Shown here in pieces: positions 19,903 to 29,855 of a DNA stretch of 51,830 bases. Position 1 is the first letter of the stretch, and every line of letters starts with the position of its first letter. The notes under the pieces were generated by a model, which made no database searches, was not told the origin of the DNA, and saw nothing but the letters and a program-made list of their open reading frames with translations. Source of the stretch: Candidatus Bathyarchaeota archaeon (GTDB lineage Archaea > Thermoproteota > Bathyarchaeia > Bathyarchaeales > DTEX01); the NCBI GenBank assembly GCA_018396975.1, contig JAGTQA010000015.1, positions 1 through 51,830 on the forward strand. The letters run 5' to 3'. Both the position numbers and the translations under genes were made by a program.

Positions 19903-20943
19903 CTAGATGTGTGGTGGGCTTCTACCCGCTCTCTTTAGGGCAAAGCAGATTATCCTCATAATGAACTCCTCAAATGATATTCCGGCGGCTCTTAAGGATC
20001 TCGCGAAGCCCGCCTCCGGCGATATATCAGGGTTTGGGTTAACCTCTAGGACATATGGTTTCTTGGTATTTTTGTCTAGGCGTATGTCGACTCGGGCGTA
20101 GTCTCTACATTGTAGCGCCCTATAGGCTTTTAGGGCCGTCTCTTCAATGGCGCCTTTTAGCTCCGGACTGACCTCTGCTGGGCATATGGGTCTGGTCTTA
20201 GCGTATTCCTCGCTCTCCTTAAGCCATTTCGCTGCATAATCCACTATCTTAGGCTCCTCATCGAAGTCGAAGATTATTTCTGATATTGGTAGGACCGTTG
20301 GCTCCTCATTTCCTAGGATTGATACGTTAAATTCTCTCCCATCAACATACTCCTCTACCAGTGCCGGCTGCTCATAAACCCTATTAATATATTTCACTTG
20401 CCTCTCCAGCTCCCCTAGACTCCTAACAAAGCTATCTCTCGTTATTCCTATGCTTGCATCCTCCCTTAGGGGCTTAACTATGAGCGGAAACCTTAGTTCG
20501 CACTTTACCCGCTCAGCCCATCCATCAATTACTTGATAGTTTGGTGTTGGCACACCATGGGCTCTCAAAATAGCCTTTGCCAAACCTTTATTCTGGCACA
20601 ATCCTAGCGCTAGAGGGCCCGAGCCAGTATATGGTATCCTAAGGACCTCCAGTATGGCAGGTATATGCATCTCAAGGCTACTATCACCCATAAAGCCCTC
20701 ACAGAGATTAATTACAACATCCGGCCTATACCCCCTTAAAACCTTGATGGCCTCCTCAATATCATCCTTTAGTGGAATCTCACAGTATCGGATTCCAAGT
20801 TTTTCTAGGGTCTCTTGGACCGCGCGGACTTGATCTAAGACCTCCACCTCTGCCAGGTAGTTTATGCTCTCGCCTCTAGATGGCCTTCTGGGATAGTTGT
20901 AGAGGATTCCAACTTTGATTGTCAATGACATCCCACGCCTCAA
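19903..20943 (-). CDS. D-Ala-D-Ala ligase-like ATP-grasp protein
   Basis: IPYTGSG, VKPLREDASIGI, EEYVDGREF, RVDIR and EVNPNP motifs. Confidence 0.88.
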   Translation of the reverse strand: MRRGMSLTIKVGILYNYPRRPSRGESINYLAEVEVLDQVRAVQETLEKLGIRYCEIPLKDDIEEAIKVLRGYRPDVVINLCEGFMGDSSLEMHIPAILEVLRIPYTGSGPLALGLCQNKGLAKAILRAHGVPTPNYQVIDGWAERVKCELRFPLIVKPLREDASIGITRDSFVRSLGELERQVKYINRVYEQPALVEEYVDGREFNVSILGNEEPTVLPISEIIFDFDEEPKIVDYAAKWLKESEEYAKTRPICPAEVSPELKGAIEETALKAYRALQCRDYARVDIRLDKNTKKPYVLEVNPNPDISPEAGFARSLRAAGISFEEFIMRIICFALKRAGRSPPHI

Positions 20944-21032
20944 TGCCTCTAAAAATAATAACAGGATATATTTCTCTATATCCTTGAGGGAGATGTTTAT
21001 TAGGATGGTTCAAGTAATACCTCATTCTAACC

Positions 21033-22877
21033 ATGGTGGCGAAGGCTCTGGTAAGTATTGCTTCAACAACTAAGGCTGCACTTAAGGGAAACATTAGGGT
21101 ACTTGCCATTAGGGACCTTGCTCTAACGGTTATTGCCGGATTGAGCGGTGGACTTGATATACTTTTTGTTAAGGAGGTTTTGGGGGCTGATGCAATAGTC
21201 CTAAGTATGCTTGCATCAATATGGTCGGCTGTCTTCTTAGCCTTCATACTGATAGGTGGATGGATATCAGACCAGTATAGCCGGAAGAAGATGCTTATAG
21301 CCGGTATGATCCTAACATTACCAAACCCATTGATCTTCGCATTTGCCCCAGACTGGCGTATAATTGTTGTAGCCCATTTCCTCGGGGCCATTAGCACGGC
21401 GCTTATTGCACCAGCCCATGTTGCGCTTCTATTCTCCCATTCTGAGCAAAGGACCCGGAGTAGAACAATAGCGCTAATGAACACGATTAATAGTATAGCG
21501 AACATTATTGTTCCACCAATCGGCGCGCTGCTAATACAGAACCTCGGCGGCGGAAACCTAAACTGGATCAGAAACATCTTCCTAGCGCAGTTTTTCCTCA
21601 CTATAGGAGTTCTAGTTTACACGTGGAGAAGACTTGAGGATAAGACTCCGATGGGTAGGAGAGAGCCGAAAAGTCTAACATGCGCCATTAAGGAGATATT
21701 CGGTCAGATGGGCAGAATCTATAGGATATCTAAGGAAAGGGGCGCTACACCATGGCTATTCTTGGCATTAACAGGTCCATGGGCTTGGGAGGCCGTTGCA
21801 CCATTCTGGATAGTCTATGCTGCCGAGGTCTGCGGCTCACCAATAATTATTCTAGGTCTTCTGCCCTCATTCTACAGTTTAACTGCCGCCCTAATAATGC
21901 TTCCATTAGCCGAGATATCTGACAGAAGGGGTAGGAAGAGGGTGATACTCATCGCTAGGCCATTCCTATATCTGTGCATAATCCTACTCCTTATCGGTGG
22001 AACATTCAATAGATGGATAATCGCACCATTTATTCCGCTAATTGCATGGATATTTAGGGCTGTAGGGGATGCATCCGGCCCTTCATGGACCGCCGCATCT
22101 ACAGAGGTTATTCCTGAGGAGTTCCAGAGCGAGTGGGAGGCGACGAGAGACTTTCTATGGAGGAGCATGGCTATACCCGCCGTAATTGTTGGCGGATTAC
22201 TTTGGGATATTGACCCAAGATTGCCGTTCATTATGGCTCTGCTCGTTGATGGGTTGATTAGACTTCCAATTCTAATATATAAGATACCGGAGACCTTGAT
22301 TACCCACGAGCATCATCATCCGACCGGACCACATATAATTTTATACGGCCTGCCGGGCTCGGGTAAAACATCAATTGCACGCCTAGTTCAAAGGGAACTC
22401 TCCCTTGAGGTTGTTGATGAGAGAACCCTCGGTGTTGAAGAGGAGCATAAAGGAACTCCGATTCCCATACCCTTTATAGGAAATAATAATGGTGAGAGGA
22501 AGATTGAGGAGAGATTGAATGCGATCCTATCAAAGAGGGATAGGGCTGTAATAATTGAGGGTGAACCAGCCATATTCGCGGCTAAGGATGAGGATAGAGG
22601 CCTAATTATTATGCTCGTTGCATCGAGAGATGAGAGGATTAGAAGGGAGATCAAGAAGTATGGGGGACCAGACTTCGTGGTCTTCAAGAGGGTTGAGGAG
22701 GAGGATCGGAAAATCGCCAAGCTAACACGCCAACTCTTCGGCGCCGACATCTCTAAGCTCCCACCATTCGATATAGCCATAAATACTGAGAGAATCCCGC
22801 CGGAGAAAATCGTGAAGATAATTGCTCTATTACGTGAGGGGGAGAAGAAGCGAGAAGAGAGCAATCCCAGCGGCTAG
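21033..22877 (+). CDS. MFS transporter fused to a cytidylate-kinase-like P-loop domain
   Basis: MFS motif A twice (GGWISDQYSRK, AEISDRRGRKR); C-terminal GLPGSGKT, VIIEG, R.RR lid and FDIAINT. Confidence 0.85.
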   Translation: MVAKALVSIASTTKAALKGNIRVLAIRDLALTVIAGLSGGLDILFVKEVLGADAIVLSMLASIWSAVFLAFILIGGWISDQYSRKKMLIAGMILTLPNPLIFAFAPDWRIIVVAHFLGAISTALIAPAHVALLFSHSEQRTRSRTIALMNTINSIANIIVPPIGALLIQNLGGGNLNWIRNIFLAQFFLTIGVLVYTWRRLEDKTPMGRREPKSLTCAIKEIFGQMGRIYRISKERGATPWLFLALTGPWAWEAVAPFWIVYAAEVCGSPIIILGLLPSFYSLTAALIMLPLAEISDRRGRKRVILIARPFLYLCIILLLIGGTFNRWIIAPFIPLIAWIFRAVGDASGPSWTAASTEVIPEEFQSEWEATRDFLWRSMAIPAVIVGGLLWDIDPRLPFIMALLVDGLIRLPILIYKIPETLITHEHHHPTGPHIILYGLPGSGKTSIARLVQRELSLEVVDERTLGVEEEHKGTPIPIPFIGNNNGERKIEERLNAILSKRDRAVIIEGEPAIFAAKDEDRGLIIMLVASRDERIRREIKKYGGPDFVVFKRVEEEDRKIAKLTRQLFGADISKLPPFDIAINTERIPPEKIVKIIALLREGEKKREESNPSG

Positions 22878-22920
22878 GATAAGCGATAAAGATTTATGTT
22901 GGGTTGATCATTAGGGGGCT

Positions 22921-23046
22921 TTGGATTTCACGCTTAGACAATCTAGGGGTCGCGAGGGATTAGATGTGAAGTATCTTTTTAGGCAACTAGGATCCCATTA
23001 CGCCTCAGCCAGTATTGAAGAATTGAAATGTAAGAAGCGGTATTGA
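22921..23046 (+). CDS. Possible 41-aa small ORF upstream of the 23048 gene
   Basis: TTG after GGGGG, downstream of an AAAGATTTAT promoter-like element. The stop is 1 nt before the next ATG. Translation: MDFTLRQSRGREGLDVKYLFRQLGSHYASASIEELKCKKRY. Confidence 0.35.
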   Translation: MDFTLRQSRGREGLDVKYLFRQLGSHYASASIEELKCKKRY

Positions 23047-23047
23047 T

Positions 23048-23800
23048 ATGGTCTTTTATATTGTATATAGGGCATCAAGGGAGTGTAAAAATAGGGGCGC
23101 ATTATCCAAGCGCCTCAGGAGCCTAGGCTGTAAGCGCGTATGCAGCTCCTTCTGGGAGGTGAATGAACGAAGGATCAACGATGTCCTTAAGGTTGTGGGT
23201 GATAACCAGCCGATACTTCTTAAGAGAACCCGAGACATCAGGAAGCCAGCCTACGACGATGAAGGAAACATAATTGACTTCGGCAGCCTAGTTGTTGTCG
23301 CCTACAATTCTGAGAGAGATGAGAGCGGTAGGGTTAGGAGTCTACTGGCGAGAACACCATATATAAGGCTGTGCCGCTCAGTATATGCCTTCTGCCAGAA
23401 CAGCCATCAATATGATAAGAGAGGCGAAATATTCGATATGAGCCATCTCCTTACACTTATGAGGGAGAGCGATAAGGACATGAAAGTCCTCTCTAGAATA
23501 GTGATTGTAAACAGCGCCGAAACTAAGGACATGCTACTTGAGAGTGTGAAAATGAGAATATTGAAGAGGGTGGAGAAGATACTCAGCGGCTATAGAAACC
23601 TTACATACGCCATTTCAGAGGATAAGATGGAGATAAGGAATGTAATTGAGGAGGAGAGGAGACTCCGCAGCGAGTTCATAGCCCTAAGGAGAATGGCCAT
23701 CTTCTACGAGAGGTGGCTTAAACTCGATTTAGCCAAGGACTTAATGAGGGTTTACTCGGCCATAAGGAAACTCCACTTAATAAAGGTGAATGCAATCTAG
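23048..23800 (+). CDS. Hypothetical protein with tandem PaaX/ChrB-N/Cas2-like ferredoxin-fold repeats and a helical C-terminus
   Basis: Two similar units: YIVYR..LSKRLRSLGCKRVCSSFW and LVVVAYN..VRSLLARTPYIRLCRSVY. Confidence 0.6.
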   Translation: MVFYIVYRASRECKNRGALSKRLRSLGCKRVCSSFWEVNERRINDVLKVVGDNQPILLKRTRDIRKPAYDDEGNIIDFGSLVVVAYNSERDESGRVRSLLARTPYIRLCRSVYAFCQNSHQYDKRGEIFDMSHLLTLMRESDKDMKVLSRIVIVNSAETKDMLLESVKMRILKRVEKILSGYRNLTYAISEDKMEIRNVIEEERRLRSEFIALRRMAIFYERWLKLDLAKDLMRVYSAIRKLHLIKVNAI

Positions 23801-23897
23801 AATACACCCATTAGAGTAGGCTTAGCAAAAATATTGAAAAATTAAAAAAATGTTTTAGGGTTCTAACTGGGTTTTTCTGGAAGAATGAGGTGGGGCT

Positions 23898-24023
23898 CTA
23901 CCACTCTTCCTCCTCTTCCCACTCTTCTTCCTCTTCCTCCCACTCCTCTTCCTCGCCCCAGTCCTCCCACTCTTCCTCTTCTTCCTCTTCCTCCTCCTTT
24001 GGCGGAGTCTTCCTTCTTGACAT
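23898..24023 (-). CDS. 41-aa highly acidic Glu/Trp microprotein
   Basis: GGTGA SD 7 nt before ATG 24023, AAAGATTTATTT promoter-like element ~40 nt upstream, T-tracts downstream. Translation: MSRRKTPPKEEEEEEEEEWEDWGEEEEWEEEEEEWEEEEEW. Confidence 0.7.
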   Translation of the reverse strand: MSRRKTPPKEEEEEEEEEWEDWGEEEEWEEEEEEWEEEEEW

Positions 24024-24252
24024 AGGTTTTTCACCTACCAAAATGATAGGCGCGCGAGAATCAAATAAATCTTTGCCAAAGAACTCGAAGAAACATATGG
24101 GGCAAATCTGAAAAAACAAGCAATTTAAATCCTTCTCTGAACAAATAAAGAGTTTTTTAATATTTTTTTAACTAATTGCGTCTTAAAGCTCCTCTTTAAA
24201 GAGTGAGAGTCTTAAAGGGCGGGTAAAAACCATTCTACTATGACATTTAAAT

Positions 24253-24891
24253 CTACTTTAGGACTTTCCCCGTCTCCATGTACCATAGGTATAGGTCTAG
24301 CTCCCCTAAAGTTAGCCCAGCTTTGCTGGCTATTTCCTCAAGCAGCCTCTCAATTTCCATGTATCGGCGCCTCGTTAGGGTTCTCGGCCTACTAATCAGC
24401 CCATATCTAAGCAGAATATTGATTATGTGGAAGTCTATTATTGCGACGTCCATAAAGCCAATATTTCTGAGGAAGTGGCTGGCCTCCTTATAGCCGATTC
24501 CCCTAACATTCTCAACGAGCCATTCCCTCATAGACTTCCCGCCTCCGGAAGATTTCAGCATATTATATAGGGGATTAATGATTTTTCTAGCCTCAACGAT
24601 ATATCTGGCTCTAGCCTCCGGATAGCGGTGTCCTAGAACTCTGAGCTTCTCAGCCAGCTCGCGCTCCGTGAGGTTTAGAAAGCCATCATTTATCTCCAGC
24701 TGAATTCTCATGCTCCTCTCAGCGCTGAAGTTTGCGGTCAATATGCAGAAGCAGAGTTCCTTGAAGATTTCAGCGGCTGACTTACTCCTATTCGCCATGA
24801 ACTCCCTAATTCTGGCATCGACTAGGCTTCTAACCGCACTATTCTTTAGGCTCTCCACCGCCTCTAATAGGCTGGCTAGGCCACCACACAT
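24253..24891 (-). CDS. ogg: 8-oxoguanine DNA glycosylase/AP lyase (Ogg2 type)
   Basis: ELCFCILTAN, HhH GIGYKEASHFLRN, IIDFH and DLYLWY...GKVLK motifs. Confidence 0.93.
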   Translation of the reverse strand: MCGGLASLLEAVESLKNSAVRSLVDARIREFMANRSKSAAEIFKELCFCILTANFSAERSMRIQLEINDGFLNLTERELAEKLRVLGHRYPEARARYIVEARKIINPLYNMLKSSGGGKSMREWLVENVRGIGYKEASHFLRNIGFMDVAIIDFHIINILLRYGLISRPRTLTRRRYMEIERLLEEIASKAGLTLGELDLYLWYMETGKVLK

Positions 24892-24929
24892 TTTTAGCCG
24901 CCCCAGCCCTGTTTAGGACCCCACTCTTT

Positions 24930-25982
24930 TTAGCATCCCTCCCTCAGCTTAGCTTCAATCTCTTTAGCTACATCAGTGCTCTCGCCATCTAGCGGGTTAA
25001 TCTTTATGTCTAGGGGTGAACCTACGCCAACACCTATCTCTGACGCCCGCCTTATCTGATCTAAATCAAATATTCTCCCGCCCTGCACCTCCCTAGTCGT
25101 CCCATAAATTCTTAAGATTGCCACGCCCACAGCGTCCACGGCAACCCTATCCCTACCAGCGACCAGAAGGCTTGGCTCAATAACCCTTCCCTTCTCCGGC
25201 CCACCTGTGGCAAAGGCTCTCATGGCGTCCATAACGACTAGGTCAACATTATAAAACTTGTTTATCTCGGCTATCATAAGCCTTTGATAGGGGGATGTAT
25301 GGAGCTCAGCCATATAATCATAGTTTTCTCCGGGAACCTGCCTAGCCACTAAGCCAACAGAATTCTTAAGGGACATTGTGAAGTGCCCACCGAACCTATG
25401 GGTCTTTAGGCAGCATGTCTGAACAACCCTATCAGCCTCTAGGAATATTCTTGCGATATAAAAGCCCCTAAGCCAATGGGTTCCCTGCGGTTTAATCTTA
25501 ACCCAATCGTCCCTCCCAGCCTCATCTAAGACTAAAACTTTAAACCCCATCTTCTCAGCCAGATCGAAGACCCCTAGGTGTCTTAGGACATCTCTTGTTC
25601 TACCCATTCCGCTTCGCTCAGCAAGTATTATTTCATCCGCACCAGCATCTCTAAGCCACTCAACTATCACTTTTAGCGTGTCAATATGTGTTGAGGCTGG
25701 GAAGGGGTCAGCACTATTAAAGTTAGCCTTTAAAGCAACCCTCCTACCCCTATAATAGCTCCTATCAAACTGGTCCAGAAGCCTACTCAAACCATACACC
25801 CTATCAGCGGTTTTAATTATGAAGACCTCAGAGCCACCACGCTCATGAATGGTGCCGCCATCCACTTTACTCCCACCCCTAAAGAGAACCGCGGCGCTCC
25901 CTATAGAGCCACCTAACGCCCCAAGTAAGAGCGCTGGGACGGACTTAAGTCTTGAAAGAGGCATTCTCTCAGAAGCCACCAA
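24930..25982 (-). CDS. DUF362 family protein with an N-terminal hydrophobic segment
   Basis: KANFNS, LKTHRFGGHFTMSLKN and DRVAVDAVG motifs. Confidence 0.85.
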   Translation of the reverse strand: MVASERMPLSRLKSVPALLLGALGGSIGSAAVLFRGGSKVDGGTIHERGGSEVFIIKTADRVYGLSRLLDQFDRSYYRGRRVALKANFNSADPFPASTHIDTLKVIVEWLRDAGADEIILAERSGMGRTRDVLRHLGVFDLAEKMGFKVLVLDEAGRDDWVKIKPQGTHWLRGFYIARIFLEADRVVQTCCLKTHRFGGHFTMSLKNSVGLVARQVPGENYDYMAELHTSPYQRLMIAEINKFYNVDLVVMDAMRAFATGGPEKGRVIEPSLLVAGRDRVAVDAVGVAILRIYGTTREVQGGRIFDLDQIRRASEIGVGVGSPLDIKINPLDGESTDVAKEIEAKLREGC

Positions 25983-25991
25983 GGAGAGGTA

Positions 25992-26267
25992 TTAAGTTTG
26001 ACCGCCCAGCACCTTAAATGTTACTATGGCGCCCTCCTCAGTCTCCTCTATACTCGATATTACAGTGCTAAGTCCCATATCCTCTAGAATAACCCTATAA
26101 TCCTCAATGTAATCGTAGAAGCCGCATGTGTAGCAGAAACTCCCCCTAAACTCTATCTTAAACTCCTCCATGGAGATTGAGACTAAATTTGCCTCGGCCT
26201 CTGGAGACCTATATTTATTATATTCGAGTATGGCGCCCTCAAGGGTCTCCCTTAAGTCCATCGGCAC
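25992..26267 (-). CDS. Small conserved archaeal hypothetical protein (CxxC)
   Basis: YNKYRSPEA..FRGSFCYTCGFYDYIED. Confidence 0.75.
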   Translation of the reverse strand: MPMDLRETLEGAILEYNKYRSPEAEANLVSISMEEFKIEFRGSFCYTCGFYDYIEDYRVILEDMGLSTVISSIEETEEGAIVTFKVLGGQT

Positions 26268-26281
26268 CCCAACATAATGAT

Positions 26282-27232
26282 CTAGAGTGTTACAATGAAC
26301 ATTAGCCGCTCAATAAGTTCCTTATACCTATTTCTTATAGTTACCTCCGTCACTTTGGCTATCTCCGCAATCTCCCTCTGGGTTCTCTTCTCGCCGATCA
26401 AGACCGATGCAACATAGCTTGCGGCGGCAGCTATACCGGTCGGCCCCCTCCCAGATGTTAGCTTAAGCTCAGATGCAACGGAGAGTATCTTGTTGGCTAT
26501 CTCCTCAACCCTCCCCTGCATTGTAAGCTGGTTTGAGAATTTAGATATGTAATGGCTTGCTTTTAGGGGTGGTACGGATATGTCTAGCTCCTTAACTAGG
26601 AACCGATAGCTTCTTCCAACCTCTCTTTTACTTATATTAGCCGCGTCAGCTATCTCATCTATGGTTCTTGGTAGGCCGCACTGCCTACATGCTATATAAA
26701 CTGCCGCCGCGCTTATCCCCTGAATCGACCTTCCACGTATAAGATGCTCCTTAACGGCCTTCCTATAAATAACTGAACTCGTCTCAAAAACACTCTTTGG
26801 TAGGGAAAGATTATTTACGATCTTCGTTATCTCTGAGAGGGCGAATGCAAGATTCCTCTCTATGGCATCTGAAACCCTTATCCTCCTCTGCCACTTCCTA
26901 AGCCTATACATCTGCGCTCTTTGGCCGGCATCGAATCTCTTGCCTAAGGCATCCCTATCATGCCAGTCAATCACGGTGGATAAACCCTTATCATGTATCG
27001 TGAATGTGACTGGCGCGCCGACCCTAGCCCTCTTATCCCTCTGCTCATTATCAAATGCCCTCCACTCAGGTCCCTGATCAGCTATCTTCATGTCAACCAC
27101 GTAGCCGCATTCCATGCAGACTACTTCGGCGGACTCATAATCGCGCATCAATTTTATGCTGCCGCATTCTGGGCAGCGCTGGATATCCCTCAATATTGGT
27201 GGGAGGGAGCTACTTTCATCCTCTTCGCTCAT
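26282..27232 (-). CDS. tfb: Transcription initiation factor IIB
   Basis: CPECGS/CMECG Zn ribbon, GPEWRAF B-finger and two cyclin repeats ([13 protein letters not shown]). Confidence 0.97.
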   Translation of the reverse strand: MSEEDESSSLPPILRDIQRCPECGSIKLMRDYESAEVVCMECGYVVDMKIADQGPEWRAFDNEQRDKRARVGAPVTFTIHDKGLSTVIDWHDRDALGKRFDAGQRAQMYRLRKWQRRIRVSDAIERNLAFALSEITKIVNNLSLPKSVFETSSVIYRKAVKEHLIRGRSIQGISAAAVYIACRQCGLPRTIDEIADAANISKREVGRSYRFLVKELDISVPPLKASHYISKFSNQLTMQGRVEEIANKILSVASELKLTSGRGPTGIAAAASYVASVLIGEKRTQREIAEIAKVTEVTIRNRYKELIERLMFIVTL

Positions 27233-27488
27233 ATCTATCCTTCCCCTTTAGCTGTTTTGGTTTGGGCAGAACATATAGTGGGCTATTAACAATCTTGTTG
27301 GGGTCAATATCTCCAACAACCTCAACCTCCATGTAAGGGGACTTCACGGGCCCAAAAATGTCCAGAACAACACCTATCGGCCTCTTTTTAATATCGAAAA
27401 CAGTTGAGCCAATCTTTGGGAGAAAATCGATTTTCGCTATAATTCTATTCCCCGGGCCCACATGGAGAGCTTGCCCAATCTTCTTCAA
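27216..27488 (-). CDS. gar1: H/ACA RNP protein Gar1
   Basis: [15 protein letters not shown] motif; conserved gar1-tfb adjacency. Confidence 0.9.
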   Translation of the reverse strand: MKKIGQALHVGPGNRIIAKIDFLPKIGSTVFDIKKRPIGVVLDIFGPVKSPYMEVEVVGDIDPNKIVNSPLYVLPKPKQLKGKDRYERRG

Positions 27489-27563
27489 GATGGTACCCCG
27501 CTAGAAAGGAATGGATAAAAAATTCAACTCATCCGGATTATTTAAATGTTTCTTAGGAGTAAT

Positions 27564-27857
27564 CTATGTGCGGCTCTTCACCAGCTCAGCCGCAACCTTC
27601 CTCAGGATCCGCCCCTTACTCCTCCCATTCCTCTTCACGATTATAAAGCCCGATTTAGCCCAGGGAAGCCTAGGATGGGATGCATCCGGAAAAACCTCAT
27701 ATTTTAGGCCTAGATTTTTTAGGGCGCCCTCAATAACGCCTATATTCGGCGATGGGATGCATAGTTTTTTCGGTAGGCGCCTCCCCTCCCTTCTGGTCTT
27801 AAGTGAGTCGAAGTAGACTGGCCAGAGGGTGACTCCATCCCTCTTCCGCACTCCCAA
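27564..27857 (-). CDS. srp19: Signal recognition particle 19-kDa protein
   Basis: LWPVYFDSLKTRREGRRLP and HPRLPW motifs. Confidence 0.93.
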   Translation of the reverse strand: MGVRKRDGVTLWPVYFDSLKTRREGRRLPKKLCIPSPNIGVIEGALKNLGLKYEVFPDASHPRLPWAKSGFIIVKRNGRSKGRILRKVAAELVKSRT

Positions 27858-27905
27858 GCACCCTACAAAATTTATTTCATGTGGCTTAGTGCCTATCGAA
27901 GAATT

Positions 27906-28298
27906 TTACTCTTTCTTGCTAATTAGTATGGCGTTTAAAACTCCCGACTGTCCGGGTCTGGAGGTTACCTTCGCCGTTCCTAGTGGTGTTTCTATTAGGC
28001 AGCCCCTTGTTATTACACCTCTCCTATCATAATCTACATTAGCTGGGTTCTTTATGACCCTAATTATCTCAACCCTCTTCGTCTCACCAGTCTCCGGATC
28101 TGATACGTTCGCCCATTTAGCGCTCACAAGCCTAACTTTTATGTTTCCTCCCCTCCTGCGGCTCACCCTCGTCTTATGCTCGCCTAGCACGGTTTCTGTT
28201 GGGAATGATCCCATCTCATACTTTCGCTTACCTCTATAGGGATTCCTCTTGCCGCCAGTTGGCTTCCTCTTATGTAGGTCACCGTGCCAAACAGACAT
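27906..28298 (-). CDS. rps8e: Ribosomal protein eS8
   Basis: KRKPTGG, RGGNIKVR and VTSRPGQSG motifs. Confidence 0.96.
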   Translation of the reverse strand: MSVWHGDLHKRKPTGGKRNPYRGKRKYEMGSFPTETVLGEHKTRVSRRRGGNIKVRLVSAKWANVSDPETGETKRVEIIRVIKNPANVDYDRRGVITRGCLIETPLGTAKVTSRPGQSGVLNAILISKKE

Positions 28299-28352
28299 TT
28301 ACTTCCCCTTCATCTCTTGAGATTTTAAGTGGCTTCTCCGGCCAATATAAAT

Positions 28353-29828
28353 TTAACGGTAGAGCGCTGCCTCATCAGCCGAGGATGCCTCCCTAATAAA
28401 TGCGTCCAAATAAGCCCTTAAGTCATCCATATCTATTGGGGGTTTAGGTATCTCCTCCTCACCTAGATTGAGCAAAAATCTATCAAGCTCATGCGGCCTG
28501 ACACCTTCTAGGGCGGATTTTGCGCATAGGGCTGCGCCTAGGCCTGTGGCCTCCGGAAAGGTCGCTCTTAAGATCCTATTCTTTGGGAGTAGGGCTGAGA
28601 GGGTGGCTAGGTATATGTTGTTTCTTGCGAAGCCTCCCTGAACAATTATGTCAACCTCCCTCCCATCTGTTATTAATTTTATTGCCACATAGGATTCTAT
28701 TGCCAGATAGATGTTTAGTAGGTGATATGCCTCCCTAGCGCTCCTATTGAATGCCCCACCAATTAACCTCGCCCTAGACTTCTGGAATTGTCCGGAGCCG
28801 GGAACTAGGCCGGGCATTATGAAATCTTCCCTACGCTCCAGAATATCCTTCAAAATCCCCATGTCTAGGGCTATGTTTTCTAGGTCGGCTTGGAATCTGC
28901 TTCTTATGAGAGCCGTATAATAATCGTATTCGAAGCCTCCCTTAAATCTTGAGGATCTGACAGGCCTACGATATGCATCGATATAATATAGGACATCCCT
29001 ATGTAGGTCTTCGCCCCTCGGTTTGAATTCGCCGCCTGGATACATGAAGACGCACCATGTTCCAGTTGAGGCCAGTAGGAAATCTCCCCCACGAGCCATG
29101 TATGATAGTAAGCATGCGTTTGAGTCATGTATTCCTGGAGTAACGAGGATATTTGAGCCGTTAAGTTTATACTCGCCCAGCTGGCTCCAGACATCAGATA
29201 TTTCTGGCGATCTAGAGGGGACATTTAATCCCTCAGCCACACTGCTCCATCCACCCCTCCTTATATCGTATAAATATGTGTGGCAGCCTATGCTTGTGAT
29301 CTCGCTGGCCCTATATCCCGTAAGCGCGTATATGAGGTATTGTGGTAGGAATAATATCTCATCTATCTCCCTAAATATTTCCGGATATCTCTCCCTTATC
29401 CAGAAGAGTTGTATCCCAGCATTCAGAAGCTGCCCGTAAGGCGGTGTTCCAGTCGACATATATAGTTCGATTGGGCTCCCGAACTCGCTATAGAATTTGT
29501 CCCTAATATGCCCCTCAATCTCATGGTTATAGGATATTATTGGAAGCCTTAGGATTCCGCCCTTTAGGTTAGCTATTGTCGCGCCGAATGTTGTTATTGC
29601 CAGCGCCCTTATCCGCCACCTCCTAGCAGCCTCTGTCAGCTTGGCTTTCATCCATGAAACCATTGAGTCAGCGTCATCGCATAGTAAATTGCCAACCCTT
29701 ACCTCATCTATCCTCCTAGACTCCCCATATATTGGCTTCAGATCCTCCTCAGAGAAGACCAGAATTTTCTTATTGGACTTCCCTATGTCAAATACAACTA
29801 TTGTCTCGCCGTCCATAAATTCTCCCAC
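28353..29828 (-). CDS. FGGY-family carbohydrate kinase
   Basis: FDIGKSNKK, GIHDS, STGTW, QGGFARN and EATGLGAA motifs. Confidence 0.88.
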   Translation of the reverse strand: MGEFMDGETIVVFDIGKSNKKILVFSEEDLKPIYGESRRIDEVRVGNLLCDDADSMVSWMKAKLTEAARRWRIRALAITTFGATIANLKGGILRLPIISYNHEIEGHIRDKFYSEFGSPIELYMSTGTPPYGQLLNAGIQLFWIRERYPEIFREIDEILFLPQYLIYALTGYRASEITSIGCHTYLYDIRRGGWSSVAEGLNVPSRSPEISDVWSQLGEYKLNGSNILVTPGIHDSNACLLSYMARGGDFLLASTGTWCVFMYPGGEFKPRGEDLHRDVLYYIDAYRRPVRSSRFKGGFEYDYYTALIRSRFQADLENIALDMGILKDILERREDFIMPGLVPGSGQFQKSRARLIGGAFNRSAREAYHLLNIYLAIESYVAIKLITDGREVDIIVQGGFARNNIYLATLSALLPKNRILRATFPEATGLGAALCAKSALEGVRPHELDRFLLNLGEEEIPKPPIDMDDLRAYLDAFIREASSADEAALYR

Positions 29829-29855
29829 CTAGGGAAATCCCAAAAAATAGAAATT

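Noticed and set aside
23890..24111. Poly-Ser ORF on the + strand, or a microsatellite
   Set aside because: It is the antisense shadow of the Glu-rich ORF, which carries the SD and promoter signals.
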